Origin: Takakia lepidozioides
Lineage: Eukaryota; Plantae; Bryophyta
DNA length: 64,000 nt
Assembly: GCA_030704615.1 (NCBI GenBank)
Contig: CM060734.1
Coordinates: 33,728,001 to 33,792,000 of the forward strand
Direction of reading: 5' to 3'
In this document: piece after piece, positions 51,924-62,175 of the stretch
Position numbering within the stretch: position 1 is the first letter of the stretch
Layout of the letters: each line of letters starts with the position of its first letter
Made by a program: the position numbers and the translations under genes
The notes under the pieces: model-generated
What the model saw: only the letters and a program-made list of their open reading frames with translations
The model's database searches: none
What the model was told of the DNA's origin: nothing

Positions 51924-53841
51924 TGTTAGAGGACTGTCTGGGACTTAGGCACTTTTTACGGGATCTGTGGGATACCCTTAATTTTTGCACACACTAAGAC
52001 CAACATGAGCCTTAGGGATGACAACGACGCACTTTCGGGGGGGGGGTTACACAGCCCGTCACAGTCCAACACAGCCCAACACAGTCGCACAGCCAATCAC
52101 AGTCCGACATAGCCCGTCACAGTCTTACACAGCCCGTCACAGCCGACACAGCCGTCACAGCCAGTCACAGTTTGACACAGCCCGACACAGCCCAACACAG
52201 TCGCACAGCCAGTCACAGTTTCACACAGCCAGTCACAGCTTGACAAAGCTGTCACGACCATAGGGAACGGATAGCAGGACAGGGAACGACTGTGGGGAAT
52301 AACATCTGCGAATGGAACATGTTAGTTCACGGATGACGGTTAGTGAGGGAAACGGTTAGAACCACAGAAAGGAAGTAAAGCGAGGAGCGGGGACTGGAGG
52401 AAGATCACTTGGTGGAAATCAGAACTAGGAAATGAAGCGGAGAGCGCATCTCTGAGCAGAAAGAGGGAGAGCACGGAGTAGGAGGAGAACGGTCTATTGA
52501 TACTTGCTGAATGCAAGAAGTAGAGTTGTAATGTAGAGCAGAATAGAGATACCATGGCTTCAGCCTGATACTTGATAGATATTAATCTGATACATACTTC
52601 ATACTCACAATGTGTAGAGAGATCTGAGTGAAGCTGTGGAATGAATGGATGAGTTGATGGAATCTGATAGATTGTTGAAGCAAACTGATACTTAAATACC
52701 AACAGTAAGGTAACTAGCTAACATGAATGCGGGAAGGAAAATAAATAGGAAACACCCCCATGATACACTAGCTGTAGGTCATGACTGATTGTTCTGAGCG
52801 GGCTGAGTGCTTAGAGATTTCCAACTCTTCTATCTTGGAGTTCCCGGCTCGGATAGTGAAGGGATGGGTGAGTAAAAGCCGCGCGACATTTGGCGACCAT
52901 ACTGGGGAACTGGGTCATGAACAACCAGATGTGACAGGCATCTGGTGGGATCATGGTGGATGGAGAATTAAAGAATTTGATGTGAATCAAATTCCTTGTG
53001 AAACTGAGAAGGAAAGATTGTCCAAACGATTCTTTCAGAGGTTCTTGGAATTGCCAGACGGTTGTAAAGAAAACATTCTTAAGAGAGTGCATGATGCTGA
53101 CCCTGAGTGGGGTCTGGAGAAAGGAATGATAAAGATTTATCAGGTGGCCTGTAGAGGAAGAGCACGTTGGTTACCAACACTGGTTTATGTGATAGCATTG
53201 CTATCCATTAAGCCAGTAGAGTTTGAAGGCTGGGAGGAAAGACTCATGTGCATGAAGAGCTTGTACTGGTAAAGAATTGGATTCCAAAGGATATTTTGTG
53301 GATCAAACTCACACCAAGAATAGCTTTCCAGACTTGTTTGCCATATGGTTATATGGTAACGGAGACTTCTAGTATAGCCAAGGGTGCATTGAAGCTTGAA
53401 AGAAACCCAGGCATATACGAGAGATATTACAGAAGAGAGTTTTGGTTATTGCCACATTAAAAGAAATGAAAGACATGGGACATGAGTGATGAAAGAGAAG
53501 CTAGACTCCAGAGATATTCAGCAAAAAGAGAAAGCTATCTGAAAGCTAATTATCCATATCTTTGGGAGAGAGGAATAGACATAGGGGAATCATCTGGACC
53601 TCTCACACCAGTAAGATCAGGGAGTACATCACCCATACCGGAAGAACTAGAGTTGGATGCCACTCCTTCTTTTTCTTTGCAAGAAAGATTAAGGGAATTG
53701 GTACGGGAAGAAGATCAATCACGAGGTGAAAGATCTGAGGTACATCCCTGGATAAATCTTTGATAAGAGTTGGCATGGAACACCAAAAGCCAGAACTCCA
53801 GCTTCTGAAGTGGAGGCTGAAGAAGGAGGAGAGGATGTGGC

Positions 53842-54871
53842 TGTCGCGCGGCTTTTACTCACCCATCCCTTCGCTATCCGAGGCGGAAACTCCAAGATAG
53901 AAGAGTTGGAAATCTCTAAGTACTCAGCCCGCGCAGAACAATCAGTCATGACCTACAGCTAGTGTATCATGGGGGTGTTTCCTATTTGTTTCCCTTTTCG
54001 CATTCATCTTAGCTACCTTACCATTGATAATTACGTATTAGTTTCCTTCACTCCTCCATTCAATCCACAGCTTCACTCAGATCTCTCTACACAGTGTGAT
54101 TGTATCGTATAAATATCAGATTATGATTTATCAGGTATCAGGCCGAAGCCATTGTATCTCTATTCTCCTCTACAATATCCCTACGGCTTTGCATCTAACA
54201 AGCATCTACTAATCCTCCTTCATCGTGCTCTCCGATCTCCGCTTCCGCCTGACTCCCAAGTCCTCCCCCGAATAATGATCTCATCATAATCCCCGTTCTT
54301 CCCTTTATCCTCCTATCCGCGGTTCTAACCGTTTCCCTCTCTAACCGTCGTATGTGAACTAACATGTTCCCTTCTCTGGTGTTGTTCCCCACAGTCGTTC
54401 CCTGTCCTACTCTTCGTTCCCTATTATCGTGACAGCTGTGTCAAGCGGTGACTGGCTGTGTTTGGCTGTGTCGGGCTGTGACTGGCTGTGTGGCTATGCC
54501 GGGCTGTGACTGGCTGTGTGGGCTGTGTCTGCTGTGACGACTGTGACGGGCTGTGTGGGCTGTGTGGGCTGTGACGACTATGACGGGCTGTGTGGGCTGT
54601 GACGGCTGTGACGGGCTGTGTTGGCTGTGACGGCTGTGTGGGCTGTGTGGGCTGTGACGGCTGTGTCGGGCTGTGTGGGCTGTGTGGGCTGTGTCGGCTG
54701 TGTGGGCTGTGACGGCTGTGACGGGCTGTGTTGGCTGTGTGGGTTGTGTAACCCCCTTCTACAGTGCTCTGCTGTCACCCCTAAGGTTCCTGTTTGTCTC
54801 AGTCTGTGCAAAAATTAAGGGTACCCTACAGATCCCGTATAAGTGTCTAAGTCCCCTACAGTCCTCTAACA
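53842..54871 (-). repeat. 3' LTR with internal CACAGCC minisatellite
   Basis: Matches 62068-63096 apart from one C indel near 54298. Confidence 0.97.
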
Positions 54872-54890
54872 TTTTACCCCTTCCCCCCTC
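54872..54890 (-). promoter_or_regulatory. Polypurine tract
   Basis: GAGGGGGGAAGGGGTAAAA immediately before the 3' LTR on minus strand. Confidence 0.9.
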
Positions 54891-54945
54891 AAAAAGCCGT
54901 GTCCTCACGGTTTACTGTTTTCGAGTAGCAAACCTTTGTGAGTGA

Positions 54946-57900
54946 TCACTTTGTTGACGTTGAGAGTTTCGTGGTGGGCTGTGTGTACTGTGGTAAGCTG
55001 TGATAGGCTGTGACACGCTGCGGTAGGTTGTGATAGGCTGTGTCACGCCTTGCTGGGTTGTAGTTGGCTGTGTCACGTCGTGACGGGCTGTGATAGGCTG
55101 TGTCACGTCGTGACGGGCTGTGGTAAGCTGTGTTGCGCCTTGCTGGGCTGTGGTTGGCTGTGTCACGTCGTGATGGGCTGTGATAGGCTGTGTCACGCCG
55201 TGATGGGCTGTGATAGGCTGTGGTGCGCCTTGCTGGGCTGTGGTTGGCTGTGTCACGTCGTGATGGGCTGTGATAGGCTGTGTCACGCCTTGATGGGCTG
55301 TGATAGGCTGTGTCACGTTTGTTTTGCCCACCCCGGTCATATATACTGGGCCTAGCGACAAGTGTTCCATACTCCGTTCGTAACACTGGTGCAGCCCGTG
55401 ACTGCTCTTGCGGTTCAACATGCAAATCATGTTGCAGGGGTTTGTCATGGATACCACTGTACCCCTTCAACTTATTTGCATTGACTCTTCCCAGCATTTC
55501 CTTGTTAATGGTTTGTAACATGGCTGTGTTGTTATCATACATCTTTTGTATGACATAAGGTCCTTTCCATGGTGATTTAAGCTTAGAAGCTTGAATCTTT
55601 CCTTTCTTCTGCAACCATAAAACCAAATCCCCCGTCTTAAAAGTCTTTAATTTGCCTTTATCAAACTGTTCCTTTCGCTTCATCTGAATTCTGGTCATAT
55701 TATCAGCTGCATCAGCACGTACTTCTTCCACATGGTATAATTCATGTTTCCTGACCTTGATGGAGTCTTGCAATTCCATTCTTTTTCCCCACTCTGTTCT
55801 CATGGTAGGTAACAGGAATTCCACTGGAAGTAAGGCTTCCATACCATAAACTAATTGGAATGGTGTATACTTAGTGGTGACTTTATATGAAGTCCTGTAT
55901 GACCACAAAGCTGTCAGCAGCTTTGTATCCCAATCCGTTCTGTTTGCATTGACTATCTTAGCCAAGATAGTACATAGTATTTTGTTGGTAGCCTCTGCCT
56001 GTCCATTACCCTGTGGGTAATATGTTGTACTCTTTCTATGCACAATCATAAACTCTTTAGTCAATAACTCAATGGTCTCATTCATGAAGTGACTTCCTTG
56101 ATCACTGATAAATTCTAAGGGACATCCAAATCGTGTAAGTATGTTCTCGTACAGGAACCTTGCTGTGGACTTGGCTGTGTTGTCCCTCAAAGCTTTAGCT
56201 TCCACCCACTTTGTAGTATAATCAGTGGCTGTAATTATGTACCTGTTTCGTGTATTCTTGGATGGTGGATTAATTGGTCCAACAAAGTCTAGTCCCCATT
56301 TCTGAAATGGTTCCGTAGGCATTGTAGGATGCAAGGCCATTCTTCCAGATCTCTGCAAAGGTCCTAGCCTCTGACATTCATCACACTTCTGACAATACTC
56401 ATGTACATCTTTGAACAACGTAGGCCACCAGTATCCTGCGAGTAGTATCTTTCTACTGGTAGTCTCTTCTCCAAAATGACCTCCAGCCACTCCTTTATGA
56501 ACTTCCTCCAAGACTTTATTTACTTCATGGTGGTACAAGCATCGTTTTAGTACTCCATCAGGTCCTAACTTATACATTCTGCTTCCTACCATAGTATAAG
56601 GTAAAGCTCTGATAGCAATTCTTTTCCTTTGCTCCTTACCATAACTAGGTGGGCACTGACCATGAGCAAGGTAGTATCTGATTGGCCATTGCCAATCTAA
56701 CCATTCATCTGCACTTCCTTGCACCTCCATTACAAATAAACTCGCATCAGGTAACTGATCGTCCACTCCTGTGGCGGCCTCTCCTGTTGTTAGTCGTGAC
56801 AAATGATCTGCCACAAGATGCAAACGGCCAGGCTTGTAAATAACCTCGAACTCAAACTCATGCAAGATTATTAACCACCTCGCTATCCTTCCACTTATCA
56901 AAGGTTTGTTCACCAGATATATCAGAGCCTGGTGATCCACATAAAACATAAACTTTCTTCCCAATAGGTAATGCCTGAATTTCTTCACTGCATAGATCAT
57001 TGCCAATGCTTCTCTTTCCGTTGTGCTATAGTTCCTCTCAGCACTGTTCATCAACCGGCTAGCATAGTACACAGGTGAATCTATATTCCCTGTAACATTC
57101 TGGGCTAACACCGCTCCCAATGCTTCTCCTGATGCATCGCAGTGAACATGAAATACTACATGCCAGTGAGGGTTAATCAGCACAGGTGTAGTTGTTACTG
57201 ACAGTGTAAGTTCCTCAAACGCCTGTTGACATTCAGCTGTCCATGCAAACACTGCATCTTTCTTCAGAAGCTTGCTCAATGGTGCTGCTATTTGTGCATA
57301 CCTTTTGACAAATCTTCTGTAATAACTGGTTTGCCCAAGGAATCTCCTTAAACTCTTAACATTCACTGGTGGTGGAGAGACTTTAATGGACTCTGTCTTC
57401 CTGGGATCCACAAGAAGTCCCTTCTTACACACTATGTGTCCCAGAAGCACCCCTGAGTTCACACAGAAAGTACACTTCTCTGGATTCAAGCCCAGACCTC
57501 TCATCCTGCATCTGGCCAGGCATAACTCCAATTTATGCAAGTGCTCATTCTTAGAGCTGTACACACTGAAATCATCCAAAAACACCTGCATGAAATCATC
57601 CAGATACTCTTGAAAAGATTCACTTATCACTCTCTGAAAGGTCGCTGGTGCATTACAAAGTCCAAAGGGCATGACTTTGTATGCATAAGCCCCCCAGTCT
57701 GTGATGAAAGCTGTTTTCCCTTGGTCTTCTTCTGCCACTTGCACTTGATTATAACCACTGAAGCCATCCATGAATGAGTACATCTCATGGCCTGCCACAG
57801 TGTCTAATACTGCTTCTGTGAATGGCAAAGGGAAAGGATCTTTCTTCGTACAAGCATTCAGCTTCTTATAGTTCACACATACTCTTAGTTTGCCATTCTT

Positions 57901-60900
57901 CTTGGGAACTATAACAATGGGTGACAACCAAGTTGTATACTCTATTGGGTATATAAACTTAGCCTCAGCCAACTTCTTTATCTCTTCTCCAACCTTCTGT
58001 GCGTAGTTGGGATTCATTCTATACCTCGCCTGTTTGATTGGCACTGACCCTGGTTCCAGTTCAATTTTATGCTGACAGACTTCAGGTGGTATCCCTTTTA
58101 GATCCTCATAGCTCCAAGCAAATACATCTCTGTATTTGATGAACAAGCTTTTAGCTTCTTCGAAGAATTCCGGCTCCAAATCAGCTCCTACTTTCACCAT
58201 CCTTGGTTCCTCCGGAGTTCCCACATTTACTTCTCTCACCTGCTCATCAGCTGTGATTGTCCAACCAGTCACCACTTCATCCTGTAAGCTCACAGTGGCT
58301 GGTTCTTCTAGGATTTCTATTTCTCCTTCTCTTTCTTCATAGAAATGTGATGGGTAAATGCTGGTTTCTTCTTCCGTTGGTGTTGCTGTCACTACACCAC
58401 AGCAGATACCTCTCAAACAACTTAGGCTTTCCAGCCGCATCTCTGCAACTTGCTCCCACTCTGGGTGTGCAGCAAATAGGGTAGCTTCCTGCTCCTCATC
58501 CAGTCCTCCCCTCCAGTCATACTCTCTGACTCCTCGAGGTCTTCTTGTAGCAGGTAATCTACTAGATTTCTTTGTGGTAATTTGTATCTCGTGCATCCCA
58601 TTATGCACAGTTAGTAACTGAGAATTCCAGTCATGGAATACCCTGGCCTGTTTCAGCCACGGACGTCCCAATAATAAGGAATAAGCCTCCATGACTTCAT
58701 CCATTTTTAATACAGTTACTGTGATCAGAAAGATCATTTTCTGTATCTGTATCTTAACTCCTCTTATTAATCCCAATGGCTGTACACTTCTTTGATCTGC
58801 CATTGTTACTGTAAATGGGGCTGGTTTCATGTTACTTAGACCAAGCTTCTTCCTTAATTGGTCTGTCATGATATTTACTCCAGAACCACCATCTATCAGT
58901 ACATCAGTTAGTTCTGTGCTTCCAATTCTCAATTGGATTACTGGCATAGAATCATCAAAGTCCATGACTGGTTCTCGCCCTTCCGGCTTCACATTATAAC
59001 TGGTCACCTTGCTGTTCAGGTCTGTGTTTCCTGTTTCTTGGGCAATTCGATTGATTGCCTGATACAGCCTGTGCCTACAATAAGGTGCCACAGCTAATAG
59101 CTGTCCAATGGTAATTTCTGCTTTGGTCTGACATATTACTTCAGCCAAAGTCTCTTCATTACTTTGCATGTCTGCATCTTCTTTTCTCCTTTCTTCCTCA
59201 CTCTCCTCTTTTTCTCCATCCGAATCAGAGGAATCTGCCACAGGAATATCAGTACTCTTTTGCATTTCCCTTATAGTATCTGCCACTTCCTTGTGCAGTT
59301 CCTTCTCATCCTTCCAAGTCTCTTCCTCTTCAGGCATATCATTGCCACTTCCAGTCTCATCTTCTTCCTCTTCTACTGGAGGTATTAGTTTAGCTTTACT
59401 TCTTGTTACTATCATTGTACTTACTTCTGGTACAACACATGGCCTAACCATGTGAGCTGCCACCACTGGGCCCTCATTCACAGGAGCTCTCATCTCATTC
59501 TGGTGTCTTATCCAGAATGAACAGGCTGCCTTGCGATGTCCTGGCTGATTACAATAGTAACATAGCTCTTCACCATTGGGTCCTCGCCCTTGGTCTGGTC
59601 TTGGATTATTTCTATAATCCTGATTCCCGGGCTGGTAATTCCCCCTCGGATTACCCTGATAGTTGCCTCTGGAATTTCCTTGGTAATTCCCTCTTGAATT
59701 ACCTCTTCCTTCCATGCCATTGTTATAACCACCAGACCTACCATAGTGGTCCTGATCATTGCTTCTTCTTGGCTGGGGTTGCACCTGATGCACCCTCACT
59801 TGCCTAGGTTCTCTGGCAGCTGTCCTTCTGTTGTAGTAACAATTCTCAGTAGAATGGTTATCCATTTTACAGATAGTACAGTGTTTCTCCTTCATGTGGC
59901 ATTCTGTAGTGGTATGGCCTTCATTCTGGCACTTTGCACACCATACACCCTTCCTCCAATGTGTTGCAGCCTCTGTGGCATACTTCTTCAAGATTTCTTC
60001 CAATCTTTTCTCATAGTTATCCCTCTTCAACTTTTCCTTTCTCTTACTCTTTCTTTTTAGTTCTTGCTCTTCTTCTTCATCTGACTCATCTTCAGAGTCC
60101 TCATCTTCCTTTTTCTCTCTCCTGAGCATTCCCAATTGCTCAATTCTGTTCGCAGTTTCAAATGCCTCCTCCACTGTATTATGGGGTAACATATCCACTT
60201 TCTTCTGCAACTCTGGTCTTAGTCCACTCACAAACCAAGTCTTCTGTAAACCGGGTGCTGGTACTGCAGCCAGCTTTTTCATCATCAATTCCATCTTCTC
60301 CATATACTCTTCAACAGTTTCATGCTTCTTCTGCTTCAGCTGTTGTAAACTTCCATACACTTCATCCTCAGTTTTACTTGTCCTGAACCTATTTCGAAAT
60401 GCTGTATTCAAGCCATTCCAGGTTAGGAAATGATTATCAGGGAATCTTGCATACCATTCACTTGCTTTCTTGATAAGTGAACAAGGAAACAGTCTCATCT
60501 TGGCATCATCGCCATTCTCATTGTTCACTATACACATGTGCTCAAATTGGCTAATGTGTACATCGGGATCCCCTTTTCCTGAATATATTGGAAAGGGTGG
60601 TTTTGCCCGTGTTGGTTGTAACGCCATCTGTGGCCCTACCTTCTGCCCACTGACAGGTGCTGGCACCCTTGCTGGTGCTGGTCCTTCTGGACCTGTTGTT
60701 TTTGTGGTGGATCTTCCACCAAGTGGTGGCCCTTGAGCACTCCCTGCTTCTGGCCCCACGATATTCACAGTATTCCCAGCTTCAGTTGCACTACTTCCCA
60801 CACTCCCTGTCCCCCCAGAGCCAGATCCAGGCAGCCCGCCTGATCCCCCTGAGCCGACACCTTCGTTGGCCTGTGATCCAAGTGCTCCACTTGATCCAGG

Positions 60901-61458
60901 TCTAACGGGTTGGGATGTCCTGGTTGTAGTCTCAACCTCAGCTGTTGGGTCTACTTCTTCATATTCTTCCTCTTCCAATTTCTTCTCTCTGTTTTCATCA
61001 TTCAAGTTCTGCCCTTGGGTTTCTTCTTCACTCATGTAACTCAACTGTAATGGTGTTGGAGAGTCTGAACTCTCCGTTGGCTCTGCCACATCCTCATCTC
61101 CTTCTTCATCTTCTGCTTCAGAAACTGGAGTTCCTGCTTTTGGTGTTCCATGCCAACTTTTATCAAAGATTTCTGTCAAATCTTTTATCCAAGGATGTAC
61201 CTCAGATCTTTCACCTCTTGATTGATCTTCTTCCTGTACCAATTCCCTTAATCTTTCTTGCAAAGAAACAGAAGGAGTGGCATCCAACTCTAGTTCTTCC
61301 GGTATAGGTGATGCACTTTTTGATCTTGATGGTGTGAGAGGTCCAGATGATTCCCCTATGTCTATTCCTCTCTCCCAAAGATATGGATAATTAGCTTTCA
61401 GATAGCTTTCCCTTTTTAATGAATATCTTTGTCGTCTAGCTTCTCTTTCATCACTCAT
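54946..61458 (-). CDS. Gag-Pol polyprotein, 2170 aa (gag with three CCHC knuckles, PR, RT, RNaseH, integrase, repeat tail)
   Basis: CAKCQNEGHTTTEC, CTICKMDNHSTENC, CYYCNQPGHRKAAC; LIDGGS; FLDD; HCDAS; H-H-C-C, GLDF, SDQG, GQAE, WKGPY; no chromodomain or second RNaseH seen. Confidence 0.97.
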   Translation of the reverse strand: MSDEREARRQRYSLKRESYLKANYPYLWERGIDIGESSGPLTPSRSKSASPIPEELELDATPSVSLQERLRELVQEEDQSRGERSEVHPWIKDLTEIFDKSWHGTPKAGTPVSEAEDEEGDEDVAEPTESSDSPTPLQLSYMSEEETQGQNLNDENREKKLEEEEYEEVDPTAEVETTTRTSQPVRPGSSGALGSQANEGVGSGGSGGLPGSGSGGTGSVGSSATEAGNTVNIVGPEAGSAQGPPLGGRSTTKTTGPEGPAPARVPAPVSGQKVGPQMALQPTRAKPPFPIYSGKGDPDVHISQFEHMCIVNNENGDDAKMRLFPCSLIKKASEWYARFPDNHFLTWNGLNTAFRNRFRTSKTEDEVYGSLQQLKQKKHETVEEYMEKMELMMKKLAAVPAPGLQKTWFVSGLRPELQKKVDMLPHNTVEEAFETANRIEQLGMLRREKKEDEDSEDESDEEEEQELKRKSKRKEKLKRDNYEKRLEEILKKYATEAATHWRKGVWCAKCQNEGHTTTECHMKEKHCTICKMDNHSTENCYYNRRTAAREPRQVRVHQVQPQPRRSNDQDHYGRSGGYNNGMEGRGNSRGNYQGNSRGNYQGNPRGNYQPGNQDYRNNPRPDQGRGPNGEELCYYCNQPGHRKAACSFWIRHQNEMRAPVNEGPVVAAHMVRPCVVPEVSTMIVTRSKAKLIPPVEEEEDETGSGNDMPEEEETWKDEKELHKEVADTIREMQKSTDIPVADSSDSDGEKEESEEERRKEDADMQSNEETLAEVICQTKAEITIGQLLAVAPYCRHRLYQAINRIAQETGNTDLNSKVTSYNVKPEGREPVMDFDDSMPVIQLRIGSTELTDVLIDGGSGVNIMTDQLRKKLGLSNMKPAPFTVTMADQRSVQPLGLIRGVKIQIQKMIFLITVTVLKMDEVMEAYSLLLGRPWLKQARVFHDWNSQLLTVHNGMHEIQITTKKSSRLPATRRPRGVREYDWRGGLDEEQEATLFAAHPEWEQVAEMRLESLSCLRGICCGVVTATPTEEETSIYPSHFYEEREGEIEILEEPATVSLQDEVVTGWTITADEQVREVNVGTPEEPRMVKVGADLEPEFFEEAKSLFIKYRDVFAWSYEDLKGIPPEVCQHKIELEPGSVPIKQARYRMNPNYAQKVGEEIKKLAEAKFIYPIEYTTWLSPIVIVPKKNGKLRVCVNYKKLNACTKKDPFPLPFTEAVLDTVAGHEMYSFMDGFSGYNQVQVAEEDQGKTAFITDWGAYAYKVMPFGLCNAPATFQRVISESFQEYLDDFMQVFLDDFSVYSSKNEHLHKLELCLARCRMRGLGLNPEKCTFCVNSGVLLGHIVCKKGLLVDPRKTESIKVSPPPVNVKSLRRFLGQTSYYRRFVKRYAQIAAPLSKLLKKDAVFAWTAECQQAFEELTLSVTTTPVLINPHWHVVFHVHCDASGEALGAVLAQNVTGNIDSPVYYASRLMNSAERNYSTTEREALAMIYAVKKFRHYLLGRKFMFYVDHQALIYLVNKPLISGRIARWLIILHEFEFEVIYKPGRLHLVADHLSRLTTGEAATGVDDQLPDASLFVMEVQGSADEWLDWQWPIRYYLAHGQCPPSYGKEQRKRIAIRALPYTMVGSRMYKLGPDGVLKRCLYHHEVNKVLEEVHKGVAGGHFGEETTSRKILLAGYWWPTLFKDVHEYCQKCDECQRLGPLQRSGRMALHPTMPTEPFQKWGLDFVGPINPPSKNTRNRYIITATDYTTKWVEAKALRDNTAKSTARFLYENILTRFGCPLEFISDQGSHFMNETIELLTKEFMIVHRKSTTYYPQGNGQAEATNKILCTILAKIVNANRTDWDTKLLTALWSYRTSYKVTTKYTPFQLVYGMEALLPVEFLLPTMRTEWGKRMELQDSIKVRKHELYHVEEVRADAADNMTRIQMKRKEQFDKGKLKTFKTGDLVLWLQKKGKIQASKLKSPWKGPYVIQKMYDNNTAMLQTINKEMLGRVNANKLKGYSGIHDKPLQHDLHVEPQEQSRAAPVLRTEYGTLVARPSIYDRGGQNKRDTAYHSPSRRDTAYHSPSRRDTANHSPARRTTAYHSPSRRDTAYHSPSRRDTANHSPARRNTAYHSPSRRDTAYHSPSRRDTANYNPARRDTAYHNLPQRVTAYHSLPQYTQPTTKLSTSTK

Positions 61459-61479
61459 GTCCCATGTCTTTCATTTTTT

Positions 61480-62175
61480 TTAATGTGGCAATAACCAAAA
61501 CTCTCTTCTGTAATATCTCTCGTATATGCCTGGATTTCTTTCAAGCTTCAATGCACCCTTGGCTATACTTGAAGTCTCCGTTACCATATAACCATATGGC
61601 AAACAAGTCTGAAAAGCTGTTCTTGGTGTGAGTTTGATCCACAAAATATCCTTTGGAATCCAATTCTTTACCAGTACAAGCTCTTCATGCATATGAGTAT
61701 AAACATTCACCTTTCTTTCTTCCCAGCCTTCAAACTCTACTCGTTTAATGGATAGCAATGCTATCACATAAACCAATGTTGGTAACCAACGTGCTCTTCC
61801 TCTACAGGCTACTTGATAAATCTTTATCACTCCTTTCTCCAGACCCCATTCTGGATCAGCATCATGCACTCGTTTAAGAATATTTTCTTTACATCCGTCT
61901 GGCAATTCCAAGAACCTTTGAAAGAACTGTTTGGACAATCTTTCTTCCTTCGTTTCACAGGGAATTTGATTCACTTCAAATTCTTTAATGGTCCAACCAC
62001 CATGATCCCACCAGATGCCTGTCACATCTGGTTGTTCATGTCCCAGTTCCCCAGTATGGTCGCCAAATGTCGCGCGGCTTTTACTCACCCATCCCTTCGC
62101 TATCCGAGGCGGAAACTCCAAGATAGAAGAGTTGGAAATCTCTAAGTACTCAGCCCGCGCAGAACAATCAGTCAT
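61480..62175 (-). CDS. Upstream extra ORF (ORF1, 231 aa) of unknown function, first ATG inside the 5' LTR
   Basis: Open in two copies, frameshifted in a third; ends 21 nt before the gag ATG. Confidence 0.65.
   Translation of the reverse strand: MTDCSARAEYLEISNSSILEFPPRIAKGWVSKSRATFGDHTGELGHEQPDVTGIWWDHGGWTIKEFEVNQIPCETKEERLSKQFFQRFLELPDGCKENILKRVHDADPEWGLEKGVIKIYQVACRGRARWLPTLVYVIALLSIKRVEFEGWEERKVNVYTHMHEELVLVKNWIPKDILWIKLTPRTAFQTCLPYGYMVTETSSIAKGALKLERNPGIYERYYRREFWLLPH
62048..62065 (-). promoter_or_regulatory. Primer-binding site TGGCGACCATACTGGGGA (tRNA-Arg type)
   Basis: 2 nt downstream of the 5' LTR; resembles Arg-type PBS of Tat/Ogre elements. Confidence 0.8.

Noticed and set aside
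54578-55457. Cys/Gly/Val- or Gln/Pro/Thr-rich ORFs over LTR and internal repeats (also 62803-63158, 11349-11843, 35387-35839)
   Set aside because: Alternative-frame read-outs of the CACAGCC minisatellite
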